Assembly: GCA_964016885.1 (NCBI GenBank)
Contig: OZ024757.1
Span: 19,840,001 to 19,904,000 of the forward strand
Source of the DNA: Eledone cirrhosa
Taxonomy: Eukaryota
Reading direction: 5' to 3'
DNA: 64,000 bases
Below the pieces are notes generated by a model, which searched no databases, was not told where the DNA came from, and saw nothing but the letters and a program-made list of their open reading frames with translations. Shown piece by piece: positions 42,178 through 54,070 of the stretch. The position numbers and the translations under genes were made by a program. Position 1 is the stretch's first letter; every line of letters begins with the position of its first letter.

Positions 42178-42854
42178 ATATATATGGTGGCTGCCAACTC
42201 GTTTTCGAGTACGGCCACTACTTTAAATCCATGTATGAGAACCCCTACCGATGCGCTGAACGAGTGTGACTTTTTAGTGCAGCCAGCGACTTGAAAACTC
42301 TGGTACAAACACTACACTTGTGATAATTATTGACACATAGTGTACCATGTGACAACAAGTGCAGCGAGATCTCCAGATATAAAACAATGCCTGTGCCGTG
42401 AAGCTTTTATAGTGAGCAAAGGAACTGCACAAAGCCAGTCCCACTCTCTTAACCAAGATGATATTTACCAAAAAGAAGAACAAGTCAACATCATTGGATA
42501 CCATCAGGGTTGCAGGTGTTATATCAGAGTTTTCCTTCTCCTAGAATTCTGCCTTGACAAAGGCTAAGGGGTCATCTCTCCCGGTGATTTTGGATGGCTA
42601 TTGACTCTTAAGAGCTCCTTTGCCCTTTGGCAGGTTTTGTTTTTAGTCCTGCAGGATATTCAAAGTCACCCTCCTCACCAAGAAACCTTGGTGGGGTTGC
42701 CAGTTTAGTCGCCAACGACCCGACCATGAGAGAGGTTGTACTGGGATTCATGTTACCAGTAGCACCAACTGGTGACCTAACATATATATATATATATATA
42801 TGTGAAAGCAGCGATTCTTTGCTTAAACTTTAATCTGTTATTTTAATAAATATA

Positions 42855-42887
<33 letters not shown>

Positions 42888-42888
42888 G

Positions 42889-42930
<42 letters not shown>

Positions 42931-42931
42931 T

Positions 42932-43429
42932 ATCATCATCATCATCATTTTACGTCTGCTCTTCCCTGCTTGCAAGGGTGGGACGGGTCTTATTCAGCAC
43001 AGCATCTCTCCACTCGTCACGGTCCTTCGACATCTCCACCGTGAGCTTCAACGATCTGAGGTCTGTTCTCACCACCTCCGCCCATGTTTTTCGTGGTCTT
43101 CCTCTACCACGTCTTCCTTCAACTGGCATTTCCTGGCATTTCTTTACCCATCGGTCATCCTCCATGCGCATCACATGTCCATACCACCTCAGTCTCCTCT
43201 CCCGTACACTACATTCTATCCCTCTCAGACACAGTTTCTCTCTCAACACATTCATGGTGGGTCGTTCACTTACATTGACACTGCATATCCAACTGAGCAT
43301 GCTTGCCTCATTTCTCTCCAGCCGTCGCATATCCTCTGCAGTTGCTGCCCATGTCTCACTACCATGCAACATCGCGCTCCTCACACAGGCATCATATAAC
43401 CGGCTTTTCGTACACAGGGAGAAACCCGG
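42932..43429 (-). mobile_element. RTE R1 LINE 3' fragment
   Basis: KSRLYDACVRSAMLHGSETW...RRLRWYGHVMRM...GRRGRGRPRKTW; (GAT)n tail. Confidence 0.9.
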
Positions 43430-44834
43430 CATATATATACATACATACACATGTTTTCTATTTAAATTTGGGTGGAGTTCATTTATGTTTATTGCCTCTG
43501 TGATTTGTCTAAACATTGCAGAGGAAATAAACATAAATGAACTCCAACCAAAATTAAATAGAAAACATGAATGGAATAGCAACATCACAACTTACAATTA
43601 AGGACAAAATGAAAACACACACACAGATAGAACAAACAACCAACCAGTAACATGTAAATAAACAAATAAATAAACAAATATAAACATACACAGACAACCG
43701 GATGTAACACATGCGCAAATTAAGCACACAACAAAAACAAGATGGCGTAGGACAGAACAAAGGAGAGGCACAAAAACAAAGAAAAGAATCCCCAATCACT
43801 GAAGAGGTCACAGAATGTGTGGCGAAAGAACTTTGACAATATATGAACAATCGTCTGGTTGTGGAACCAACCAACCAACCAGGAATTTATAAATTCCTAA
43901 ATTTATAAATTTAATTTATAATAAATTGAAGTGAAAGCAACTGGTGCGTGTGTTTCTTATTGGCAACATGACCCTCCCAAAGTATAACAATATCGGTTTC
44001 AACACACGTTTTCAGATAAAGAATCTTGCTAAACAAATTCAGAAACGATATATATATATATATATATAAAAGCCGACCTTACCCAACTACACCTCTCAAA
44101 GTCAATGACACACGACCGTGACTTCTGGCGTCACGCAGTAATACAGGGTACCCGACCTCCCATGGGTACATGCTGAAGCATATAAACAATATGCCCCCCC
44201 CCCCACCGCAAGGTGGTCGTGGAGGTGCCACGGCAAAAAAGCACCCAGCCCACACTGTAAAGTGGACGTGTAGGCGCCACGAAAAAGCACCCAGCACTCA
44301 CTGTAAATGAGGTTGGTGTTAGGAAGGGCATCCAGCTGTAGAAATCAAGCCAGATCAGTTCCTGTATGAGCAAGGCATGGTCAGCCGACCAGACACTGCC
44401 CACAACAGGACAACCCGTCTAACCCATGCTAGCGTGGAAGAACGGACGTAAAACGGTGATGATGATGATGATGATGATATTTTATTTCAGAACTGATGTT
44501 TTCTTAAGTATTAAAACCTCACAATTAAACACACCCACATAAACTTATGTACGTATTAAACGTATCATCAGCTGAACTGATAATCAATAAGGTTTGAAAG
44601 GTGAATGATAAAATGTCCTCCTTAAAGTGTCTGTGGGGGACAAGAACATAGGGGTGGGGTTTACTGTGTGGGGGACATGGGGGTGGGGGGTTGCTGTGGT
44701 TAGTGGAGGTGTTGTACCAAGAAAAAAGTTTGAGAAGCCCTGCTCTAACTTTAACTCTTTTTTCAGCTATTTCTAGCAGGTTATTCAACCACATAGTGGT
44801 GCTCTCGTTGGCTTGCTATTGTTATTGATGAGTT

Positions 44835-45710
44835 AGTAGTGTTGTGGTGTAGGTGTGGTGGTGGTGGTGGTGTTGTGGTATAGGTGTGGTGGTGGTGTAA
44901 TGCAGGTATGGGGTTGGTGGTGGTGTGATGTTGGTGGTGTGGTGGTGGTGGTAGTGTAGGTGTGGTGGTGGTGGTGGTGTTGTGGTGTAGGTGTGGTGGT
45001 GGTGGTGGTGTTGTGGTATAGGTGTGGTGGTGGTGTAATGCAGGTATGGGGTTGGTGGTGGTGTGATGTTGGTGGTGTGGTGTTGGTGTGGTGGTGGTGG
45101 TAGTGTAGGTGTGGTGGTGGTGGTGGTGTTGTGGTGTAGGTGTGGTGGTGGTGGTGGTGTTGTGGTATAGGTGTGGTGGTGGTGTAATGCAGGTATGGGG
45201 TTGGTGGTGGTGTGATGTTTGTGGTGTGGTGTTGGTGTGGTGGTGGTGGTAGTGTAGGTGTGGTGGTGGTGGTGGTGTTGTGGTATAGGTGTGGTGGTGG
45301 TGTAATGCAGGTATGGGGTTGGTGGTGGTGTGATGTTTGTGGTGTTGGTGTGGTGGTGGTGGTAGTGTAGGTGTGGTGGTGGTGGTGGTGGTGTTGGTGT
45401 TGTGGTGCTGTTTGTGGTGTGGTTGTGGTGGTGGTGTTATGCAGGTATGGTGTTGGTGGTGGTGTGATGTTGATGGTGGTGTGATGTTGGTGGTGGTGTG
45501 ATGTTGGTGGTGGTGTGTGGTGTTGGTGGTGGTGTGTGGTGTGATGTTGGTGTGGTGGTGGTGTTGTTTGTGGTGTAGGTGCAGTGGTGGTGGTGGTGTA
45601 ATGCAGGTATGGTGTTAGTGGTGGTATGATATTGGTGTGGTGTTGGTGGTGGTAGTGTAGGTGTGGTGGTGCTGGTGTTGATAGTGTGGGTGTGGTATTG
45701 GTGTTGGTAT
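44835..45710. repeat. (GGT)n/GGTGT compound repeat
   Basis: Directly visible; recurring gtaatgcaggtatgg landmark. Confidence 0.9.
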
Positions 45711-45949
45711 TAAAATATGTGGCTTCTTAACAGCTGTGTATGTTTCTGTGTGTATGTGTGTCTGTCTGTGTGTGTATGTATGTGTATATATATGTGTGTG
45801 TATGTATGTGTATAAATGTGTGTATATTTAACTAAGAAGAAGAAAAGAAATTATTGATTTTAGGTTATAGAATATAAATTCAATCAATATTTAATGTCAG
45901 AGTTGCTTTCTTCCATCCTTCAATTACTTTTCTCTTGTTTGTCTAGTGA

Positions 45950-46195
45950 AGGGGTGTGGCTTAGTGGCTAGAGAGCTGGCTTCACAATTGTGAGTTTGTG
46001 AGTTCAATTCCTGGACCGGGTGATGCATTGTGTGCTTGAGCAAGACACTTTATTTCACATTGCAACTGGTTGATAGTATCAGCAATGGAAAGACCAATGG
46101 AAACATTGTTTCCTTGGTCCGATTTTTTGACGAGATCCACCCCACTTGGCAAGCGAATGAGGTCTGGGATTTTGACTCCCTTCCTGGAACCTGGA
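45950..46195 (+). mobile_element. SINE S2-related head with a different 3' part (relatives at 1970-2150, 47617-47700)
   Basis: TGGCTTAGTGG, GAGTTCAATTCC, gatagtatcagcaatggaaagaccaatggaaacattgtttccttgg. Confidence 0.7.
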
Positions 46196-46196
46196 T

Positions 46197-46252
<56 letters not shown>

Positions 46253-46545
46253 ATAATAATAAAATTGAAGACTAAAATCCAAAGAGGGCTCGATAAGGAA
46301 AATATATATCAAATATATAAGAACCGTAGAGCAAATATTTATTAAAATAACAGATTAAAGTTTAAGCAAAGAATCGTTCAACGTTTTTTGAAATATCCAG
46401 TTCTGCGTTTACAGATTGACTTTGTTAGTTTCAGAAGATCCTGTTAAGGCTGAAAGCAGCGATTCTTTGCTTAAACTTTAATCTGTTATTTTAATAAATA
46501 TATATATATATATGAGAAAAACCACAGACCCTCCATCTCAACTCA

Positions 46546-46583
46546 CCTTTTGAAAAGCAGAACAACTGCGAAACCGGTAAAGG
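46546..46583 (+). ncRNA. Minimal hammerhead, U3:A8 core variant (element 46514-46720)
   Basis: CCTT TTGAAAA GCAG aacaa CTGC GAA ACCGGT A AAGG. Confidence 0.75.
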
Positions 46584-46714
46584 AACCAAATAAATATATA
46601 TATTTTTAAAAAAAATAAGACTCCAGTTGCATTTTCGATTTCATCCCTTTTTCTTTATACTTTCACTCGTGTAGGACACCTCGGTTATTTTTCATTTTGT
46701 AAAAAGAACCTCAC

Positions 46715-46748
<34 letters not shown>

Positions 46749-47021
46749 CCAGGGGGTGTAACTTGGAGTTACTGCAGGTTCACCTGGGTGAGCACTCGAT
46801 GTTTAGGTTCACTTCTGTGTTGAGGTGTAGAGCTATACAGACAGAGTGTATTATATTGAAAAGATAACAAGGACAATTGGTTACTCCTTCATTACATTTA
46901 TTGGTTAGGTGACGCGCGTTCCGCCACTGATCAGCTCAAGGTTCGATCTGTATCAATCTTACCTGACTCAATAATCTATTATATATATCTTTTCAATATA
47001 TATATATATATATATATATAT

Positions 47022-47578
47022 GGATGCACATGAGTTAGTGGTTAGAGCATTGGCCTTGCAATCGAAAGGTTGTGAGTTCAATTCTCAGACCGGGAGATGT
47101 GTTGTTTCCTTGAGCAAGGCACTTTATTTCACATTGCTCCAGTTTATTCAGCTGTAGAAATGAGATGATAGGGACTGGGGTCCCTATCATTCCACTGTAA
47201 AGTGGTCGTGGAGGTGCCACGGCAAAAAAGCACCCAGCACTCACTGTAAATGAGGTTGGTGTTAGGAAGGGCATCCAGCTGTAGAAATCAAGCCAGAATC
47301 AGTTCCCGTCCCACCTTTGCCAGCAGGGAAAAGCGGACATAAAATGATGATGATGATGATATCATCATCCTCATCTGCATCGTCATTTTACGTCCGCTTT
47401 TCCTTGCTTGCAAAGGTGGGACAGGTCCCATACAGCACAGCATCTCTCCACTTGTCACGGTCCTTCGTCATCTCTTCCGTGAGCTTCAGCGATCTGAGGT
47501 CTGCTCTCACCACCTCCGCCCATGTTTTTCGTGGTCTTCCTCTACTGCGTCTTCCTTCTACTGGGATTTATTGGCATG
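47022..47578. mobile_element. SINE S2 (+, 47022-47359) tail-to-tail with an RTE R1 fragment (-, 47380-47578)
   Basis: Homology to the other copies; shared 3' tail in opposite orientations. Confidence 0.85.
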
Positions 47579-47799
47579 TCCTTATATATATATATATTCT
47601 GCCAAGAGTCGTGACCAGTTGATAGTATCAACATTGAAAAGACCAATGGAAACATTGTTTCCTTGGTCCGATTTGACGAGGTAAGCGAATGAGGTCTGAA
47701 ATTTTGTCTATATATCAGAACGAGATGTTATGTTAACTCCTGTCATTGCCATGTTTCCAATGAAAGACTGTCTATGGCAGCTCTCCCCTACCACAGGGC

Positions 47800-48041
47800 C
47801 ACAGACCATTCCATACTGGGGCATGGGCCATTTGGTACCGGGCCACAGACCAAGGGAAAGGCAATGGCCAATACAGCTTGGCACCAGTGATGTCTCAACC
47901 CATTTCTATAGCTGAGTAACCTGGAGCAACGTGAATTAAAGTGTCTTGCTCAAGAATAAAACACACAACCCTATCCTGGAATCAAACTCACAATTTCACG
48001 ATTGCAAGCCTAAAACTCTAACCACTAAGCCATGTGCCTCC
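47800..48041 (-). mobile_element. SINE S2-related copy
   Basis: Reverse complement of ggaggcacatggcttagtggttagag head and cttgagcaagacacttt. Confidence 0.7.
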
Positions 48042-48142
48042 ACACACAAGCACATGCACACATACAGACAGAATGAGTTCTAATTTCAGGAAGTTAGAAT
48101 TTGGAACAAATTCCTAATTTCCCTGTTGGAATCAAACCAATT

Positions 48143-49220
48143 TTTGTTGTTGTTGTTGGTGGTGGTGGTGGTATTGTTGTTAATGTTGTCGTTGGTGGTG
48201 GTGGTGTTGTTGTTGGTGGTGGTGGTAGTGTTGTTAATGTTGTCGTTGGTGGTGGTGGTGTTGTTGGTGGTGGTGGTGGTGGTGGTAGTGTTGTTAATGT
48301 TGTCGTTGGTGGTGGTGGTATTGTTGTTAATATTGTCGTTGGTGGTGGTGGTGGTGGTGGTGGTGGTGGTGGTGGTAGTGGTGGTGGTGGTGGTAGTGTT
48401 GTTTACGTTGTCGTTGGTGGTGGTGGTGATGTTGTTGTTGGTGGTGGTGGTAGTGTTGTTGTTAACGTTGGTGGTGGTGCTAGTGTTGTTGTTGGTGGTG
48501 GTGGTAGTGTTGTTGGTGGTGGTGGTGGTGGTAGTGTTGTTGGTGATGGTGGTGGTGGTGGTAGTGTTGTTGTTGGTGGTGGTGGTAGTGTTGTTGGTGG
48601 TGGTGGTGGTAGTGCTGTTGTTGATGGTGGTGCTAGTGTTGTTGGTGGTGGTGGTGTTGTTGGTGGTAGTGTTGGTGGTGGTGGTGGTGGTGGTGGTGGT
48701 AGTGTTGTTTACGTTGTCATTGGTGGTGGTGGTGATGTTGTTGTTGGTGGTGGTGGTAGTGTTGCTGTTGTTGTTGTTGGTGGTGGTGGTGGTAGTGTTG
48801 TTGTTAACGTTGGTGGTGGTGCTAGTGTTGTTGTTGGTGGTGGTGGTGGTAGTGTTGTTGGTGGTGGTAGTGTTGTTGGTGGTGGTAGTGCTGTTGTTGA
48901 TGGTGGTGCTAGTGTTGTTGGTGGTGGTGGTGGTAGTGTTGGCAGTGGTGGTGGTAGTGTTGTTGGTGGTGGTGGTGGTAGTGTTGTTGTTGGAGGTGGT
49001 GGTAGTGTTGTTGTTGGTGGTGGTGGTGGTAGTGTTGTTGGTGGTGGTAGTGTTGGTGGTAGTGGTAGTGCTGTTGGTGGTGGTGGTAGTGTTGTTGGTG
49101 GTGTTTGTGTTGTTGTTGGTGGTGTTGGTAGTGGTGGTGGTTGTTTGTGTTGTTGTTGTCATTGTCGTTATTGTTGTTGTTGTTAGTGGTGTCGTAGCTG
49201 TTGTCCTTTTTGTTGTTGTT
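48143..49220. repeat. (GGT/GTT)n trinucleotide tract
   Basis: Directly visible. Confidence 0.92.
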
Positions 49221-49433
49221 GCTTGCTTTTTTATATTATTTTAATTTCATTGTTTTAGTTCTTATCTTTTTTATCATCTTCCTCTGGTATTTCCTCCTTC
49301 CAAAGAATTTCTTTGGAAGGAGGAAATTCTCCATTAATCTGTGATTGTTTTTTATGGATTTTGGATCTTCCAAATTCATTTTTTTTTATTTTTAATCTAG
49401 CATTGTATTTGTCATTGTTTTTATTTTTATTTT

Positions 49434-49825
49434 GGCTGGAGAGAAATGAAGCAACCATGCTCCGTTGGATGTGTAATGTCAATGTACGTAAACGACCGAG
49501 CATGGATGTGTTGAGAGAGAAACTGTGTATAAGAGGGATAAGTTGTAGTGTGAAGGAGAGAAGACTGCGATGGTATAGACATGTGATGCACATGGAGGAT
49601 GACCGCTGGGTAAAGAAGTGCCAAGAAATCCTAGTAGAAGGAAGACGAAGTAGAGGAAGACCACAAAAAACATGGGCAGAGGTGGTGAGAGCTGATCTCA
49701 GATCGCTGAAATTCACGGAGGAGATGATGAAGGACCGTGACAAATGGAGAGATGCTGTGCTGAATAGGAGCCGTCCCACTCTTGCAAGCAGGTAAAAGCA
49801 GACGTAAAATGATGATGATGATGAT
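49434..49825 (+). mobile_element. RTE R1 LINE 3' fragment
   Basis: LERNEATMLRWMCNV...RRLRWY...GRRSRGRPQKTW...; (GAT)n tail. Confidence 0.9.
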
Positions 49826-49917
49826 GTGTTTGTGTGTGTCATTGTTTTTTTTATTTCGGCATTGTATTTGTCATTGTTTTTTTTTTGTTTCATTTCCAAA
49901 TTATTTTCTTCTTCCAG

Positions 49918-50139
49918 ACTAATGACAAATTGCGCCACAATCTGGCTGAGGCTATCGCACGCTGCTGTAACTGGGGCCACAATAGAGTGTCTTTCGGTAA
50001 CCACAATGCTGTGGCACCATTAGTGAAGTACCTACAGTCCAGCCAACAAGATGTCCATCGTTCTACTGCAAGAGCTCTTTACCAATTATCAAAGAATGCC
50101 AATAACTGTATCATTATGTATGAAGCTGGGGTTGTGAAG
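49918..50139 (+). CDS. ARMC4: ARMC4/ODAD2 penultimate coding exon
   Basis: cttccag|ACT...AAG|gtaaca; 222 bp, phase 0; [74 protein letters not shown] continues the previous exon in frame. Confidence 0.95.
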
Positions 50140-50605
50140 GTAACAAAAACTGTTTTGTGTCATTTTAATCTTGCAATCCAAGACTCTATCAATATATGGG
50201 AGGAATAACAATAATAATATAACAATAAAAAGTCCCCAAAAGGGAGGGGGCGTGTTGGGGATTGCACATACCCCCGAAAAGTGTGCAAGTCTTTTCGCGG
50301 GGGAAGCCCAGAGAGGAGGCGCTCCTCTATATATATATAGATAGAGAGAGAGAGAGAGAGATATCGGTGTGTCTGTATATATGTATATGATTGTATATAT
50401 GTGTGTGTGTGTGTACTTATATATATATATATATATATATGTGTATGTATGTAAAAGGAAAACAGAAATAACACGATCGGTGGGTATGTGTATATATGTA
50501 CATGTCTGTATATATATATATGTGTGTGAGGATAATATGTATATATATATATGGGTGTATGTGTATATGTCTATATATATATATACATATATATGCATAT
50601 ATACA

Positions 50606-50648
<43 letters not shown>

Positions 50649-50664
50649 CTAAGGACATGATTTA

Positions 50665-50706
<42 letters not shown>

Positions 50707-50716
50707 TATATATATA

Positions 50717-50764
<48 letters not shown>

Positions 50765-50826
50765 TTTGAGTTTGACTTTGTATCAAGAAAGAATGAGCCC
50801 TCGATACGTAAACAGTGGAAATTTAT

Positions 50827-50880
<54 letters not shown>

Positions 50881-50899
50881 TCTGGCTTTACTGTAACAC

Positions 50900-51682
50900 C
50901 GGCTCAAATGCTGAATTTGCCGACGACATAGTTTTGGTGACAAATACAGTGAAGGAGGCAGAGGATTTGATGCGGGAGGTTGAGACTGTGTCGATGAGTG
51001 TGGGGCTGAGAATGAATGAGACTAAAACAAAATATCTGGTAGAGAATGTTGAGAAGCCAGCCAGGGGATCACTAATGTAGGCGGGAAGCTGCTAGAATTG
51101 GTTGAGGACTTCCTGTATTTGGGAGCAAAGATTGGGAATACGGAAGATGATGTGGTTGAGAGGAAGAGCAAAGCCTGGGCGGCGTGCCACAGCTTGAGAT
51201 CGGTATGGAAGTCGGACCTTCGTAAAGACCTGAAAATCCGCCTCTTCATTGCTGTAATGGAGTCTGTGCTGCTGTATGGGTCTGAGACTTGGACACTGAC
51301 CAAGAAACTCACTCAGATGGTGGATGGGTGCTACACGAGAATGCTGAGGATGGCTCTGAACATTAATCAGTATACATTGAGGATGAAAAACTCAGAGCTG
51401 CATGGGAGCATCCCAAAAGTCAGCTCAAAAGTGACACAGAGGAGACTGAGGTTAGCTGGATATGCTCACCGACATCCAGAGTTGACATTGCACTCAGTGC
51501 TCCTGTGGGAGACCCTACATGGACACACTGGAAGAAGAAGACCGAGGTTAATGTATGTTGATGCCCGAAGGACAGATACTGGTCTGTCGGAGACGCAGGA
51601 CATGGCAGCGATAATGAGGGACAAAGACCGCTGGAGAGAACTCATCCATCGATCTCGGGAATTTTACCGCCCTAGAATAGAA
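50900..51682 (+). mobile_element. RTE-like LINE (family R2), RT C-terminal half to 3' end, frameshifted
   Basis: EFADDIVL catalytic motif, GLRMNETKTKY, VEDFLYLG, ESVLLYGSETWTLT, RRLRLAG. Confidence 0.9.
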
Positions 51683-51687
51683 TATAT

Positions 51688-51793
<106 letters not shown>

Positions 51794-51917
51794 ATATGTA
51801 TGTATGTATATATATATATATATATATATACATCTGTATAAATATATACATATACATACATGCATATATAGAGATTTTTTTATATCTTTTTCATATTCTC
51901 TTCATCGGTGTGTTTAG

Positions 51918-52028
51918 CCTCTCATGAAGATGGTTGGAACAACAGATATCAGTCTACAAGAAGCAGCTGCCGGGTGTATTGGAAATATACGTTGCCTGGC
52001 ACGCACTAACGCTAACTGGTCCAGCTGA
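51918..52028 (+). CDS. ARMC4: ARMC4/ODAD2 terminal coding exon (absent from ORF track)
   Basis: tgtttag|CCT; PLMKMVGTTDISLQEAAAGCIGNIRCLARTNANWSS*, TGA at 52026-52028; the LQEAAAGCIxNIR motif matches the ARMC4 C-terminus. Confidence 0.93.
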   Translation, partial: PLMKMVGTTDISLQEAAAGCIGNIRCLARTNANWSS

Positions 52029-52110
52029 ACAATGTTTTATCGACGATGAATTTCAACGAATATCATTTCATTTTTTTTTTTTTTCATCTATTATAATTTT
52101 TGAAACTCAC

Positions 52111-52176
52111 TGAATAAAACAAAGAAATTTGCGTCTTGCAGGAATAATTTTGGCCCATTAAAAAAAAAAGAAAATA

Positions 52177-52221
<45 letters not shown>

Positions 52222-52640
52222 ATGTATATGTATATATATATATATATATAATTATATATATGTATATATATATGTATATATATATATATATATATATGTA
52301 TCTATATATGTATCAAAATGAAAATCCGAAGGCAAGGTAAAATTCCAATCATTTAATCACACAATAAGAGATAGATCGATTGTGTCGATCTATCTGAATA
52401 AAACAAAGAAATTTGCGTCTTGCAGGAATAATTTTGGCCCATTAAAAAAAAAAGAAAATATATATATATATATATATGTGCGTGTGTGTATATGTATATA
52501 TATATATATCTATAATTATATATATGTATATATATATGTATGTATATATATATGTATATATATATGTATCAAAATGAAAATTCAAAGGCAAGGTAAAATT
52601 CCAATCATTTAATCACACAATAAGAGATAGATCGATTGTG
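52111..52640. repeat. Tandem duplication of the ARMC4 3' UTR/flank segment
   Basis: 52111-52384 repeated at 52395-52640. Confidence 0.9.
52113..52118 (+). terminator. Candidate ARMC4 polyadenylation signal (second copy at 52397-52402)
   Basis: AATAAA about 85 nt after the stop codon. Confidence 0.55.
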
Positions 52641-54070
52641 AAGCCATGATCGATTATCACTGATCTCATCAGGTGAAAATGAATTGTCTTCAAATTCTTG
52701 ATATGAGGGAGAAAAATAACGATGTTCTCTCACAGAATTCATTCCCTCATATGAAGACACACCAGTCAGAGACACGGCGACTGCTATTAACATCAGTTGA
52801 GGTCATAAAAGTTGTAGGATTTCTATCGCTGCAAAAGATGCTGGACATCAATCAAATCTGTAGGGATATAGTTAATGTGAGTGGTTACACACACACTCCA
52901 CACCCACATACACCAGCTCGAGGTCAAAGAAAGAAATATATACATATACATACACACATCAACACAGTATCAAACCTGTAGAATTATAAAAGGTCACAGT
53001 TAGTGTGGGTGGGTACACACACACTCTCACACACACCGAAGGGATGTCAGAGAAAAAAAACAAATATAAGAATGTACCAAGTTAGTTCACAAAACAATAG
53101 ATGCTACATTGGTCAAATCTCAATTTGACGATGTAAATTGGAAATATTGGGTTAACCAACGCCCCAAACACACACACACAAGCAAATAAGTTCAGTTCAG
53201 TGTTCTGCTATATGTGTATAGATTGAATTGTAACATCCATATCTTCAAGTGTATGTTATGGTATATACACATCCGAATCGTCCAAAAAAAGGGTATGTCT
53301 GGGTATATACACATCCATGTGAAGAGCAAGCAATCAGCTCATATCGAACTCAGTATGTACCGCTGTCCCATTGAGAATCCGAGTCACCAAATCCATGCGT
53401 GCAAGCAACCGCAATGTAGGCCAGCAAGGGGCTCCGTGTAGGGTTGGGTATTGGGTAAATGCATCAGTAAGTGCGATTTCCCGTCATATGGGCCAATGAG
53501 CTTTGAATATAGTTGTTTGAGTGGTAGAGGTGTATTATCCAACACAGAAGGTGAAGTAAAAAAACACAGGATAGTAAAATCCAGAGGATGTGTGTAGGCC
53601 CATTAATGGTGTGTAAGTATTATTGTTCAATCCGTAACAGTGAGTCCTCCATGGTTAGATGATCACGGATCAAAACCTAGTGTAGTGTTCAGTCGGTAGG
53701 AACGTGACTGTCGTAATTGTGGAAGCTCAATGTCTAAAGGAAACGGGTACTGTGTGTAGAGTTATGTATAGAGAGCGTAATCGGTCCTAACTAAGTGTGT
53801 AATACGACTAGCTATATCCCAACTGAGAGAACTCAATGGTTAGGGTATCTTAAAGTAAAGGTAGGTGCGCGTAATCGGTCATGCCTGAGTGTGTGATCAA
53901 TTACTAACTAGGTATTCAATCTAACTATTTACTAGCTAGGTATTCTAAAAAAGTGCACTCAGCTGTGAGAACTCCGTGGAAACAGGCCGAGTATCGTTTG
54001 TAAGTGTGTGACTGTCTGTTTATTGAGAGAACTCTATGGCTAAAGTAGAGAGGGAGGAGTTAGTGGTAGG

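Noticed and set aside
42300-42560. GIY-YIG C-terminal remnant (..LCREAFIV..SLNQD)
   Set aside because: Only a faint motif resemblance
46428-46470. Hammerhead-like CAGAAGA..GAAAG (also 5100-5135 minus)
   Set aside because: U4 altered in both copies and no UH site or stem I pairing found
48086-49244. Gly/Val-rich and Thr/Asn-rich ORFs
   Set aside because: (GGT/GTT)n simple repeat
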